Source: a virus. From it: a stretch of 64,000 bases of DNA. Shown one piece after another: positions 63,706 to 64,000 of the stretch. A model generated the notes under the pieces. That model did no database searches and had not been told where the DNA came from. It saw only the letters and a list, made by a program, of their open reading frames with translations. Where the stretch lies: IMG/VR virus record IMGVR_UViG_3300045988_153285, positions 69,906 through 133,905 of that record; one strand, written 5' to 3'. A program made the position numbers and the translations under genes. Numbering within the stretch: position 1 is the first letter of the stretch; each line of letters starts with the position of its first letter.

Positions 63706-64000
63706 CCAATATAGATGAATATTTCTATTCTGGTTACTATATTGCAACATATCTTGAAGTTTGCTAAACTTCCCCACAGTTTCGACTATGTACCTATCTC
63801 ATAGTCTACTCTACTCGGTTACTCAATATAAACTAGCTTTAATTTATATTTACCCTTTCGATGTCCTCTAAATCTTGTTTTTGACAAGACACGGTATTAC
63901 CATATCCATATAGGACTTAGGCTCTCTTACCACCTTAGCCTTTTGGCTTAGTTGACCGTTAGCATTACTATTAAAGTAACACACCCCTTGGTAGGGTTTA
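63706..64000 (-). ncRNA. group I-like intron in the tape measure gene, truncated by the window edge
   Basis: 63777-64000 is the exact reverse complement of nrdD intron 2 bases 32210-32433. The 3' end is inferred by alignment with the nrdD copy (shared AAGATATGTTGCA and AGAATA..GAAATAT, terminal ...ATTG). Confidence 0.65.

Noticed and set aside
42489-63718. Plus-strand track ORFs inside the minus-strand block (42489, 45438, 49314, 56262, 59583, 61482, 62634, 63134, 63431)
   Set aside because: These are shadow frames of the minus-strand genes, or of the TMP intron in the case of 63134..63352. They are low-complexity and lack SDs.
1-64000. Alternative genetic code (TAG or TGA reassignment) as an explanation for the interrupted Zn-ribbon genes
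   Set aside because: TAA, TAG and TGA all terminate well-supported genes in the window. ORFs of more than 1000 codons are intact under the standard code, so there is no sign of systematic recoding.
1-64000. Diversity-generating retroelement or retron associated with the fibre genes
   Set aside because: No reverse-transcriptase-like ORF is present, and I saw no template/variable repeat pair. The repeats in ORF 46107..47474 are in-frame coiled-coil heptad-type repeats.

Overview
Visibly AT-rich segment of a large tailed phage, or phage-plasmid, of a low-GC Firmicute (Clostridium-like by codon and repeat style; no database search was possible). The window falls into three blocks. (1) Bases 1-42000, plus strand. 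This starts with a 10-repeat CRISPR array followed directly by an HD-helicase cas3. Next come about 20 tiny early genes and a replication module: AAA_24 ATPase, DnaB-like helicase, primase, DHH/RecJ-like nuclease, family-B DNA polymerase and RecD-like helicase. After more small Zn-ribbon genes there is a nucleotide-metabolism block: nrdD split by two ORF-less group I introns, nrdG, dUTPase, ATP-dependent ligase, N6-adenine methyltransferase, FolD and a ThyX-like protein. This block is punctuated by seven near-identical promoters carrying an invariant 17-nt upstream box. (2) Bases 42000-45900. This is a convergent terminator zone followed by a minus-strand module: tyrosine recombinase, a winged-helix Rep-like protein and a DUF1064 nuclease. 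(3) Bases 46100-64000, minus strand. This is a siphovirus-type tail and lysis module: intron-split tape measure gene, Dit, Tal, fibre proteins, amidase endolysin and holin. An IS200/IS605 element (tnpA + tnpB) is inserted between Dit and Tal. The most notable observations are:
- the phage-borne CRISPR array with cas3;
- a 224-nt intron core that is identical between nrdD and the tape measure gene;
- the rigid promoter box;
- the FolD/ThyX-like pair;
- a gutted phosphoesterase gene;
- inverted motifs bracketing small early genes.
All function calls rest on motifs read by eye from the translations. No searches or folding programs were run.
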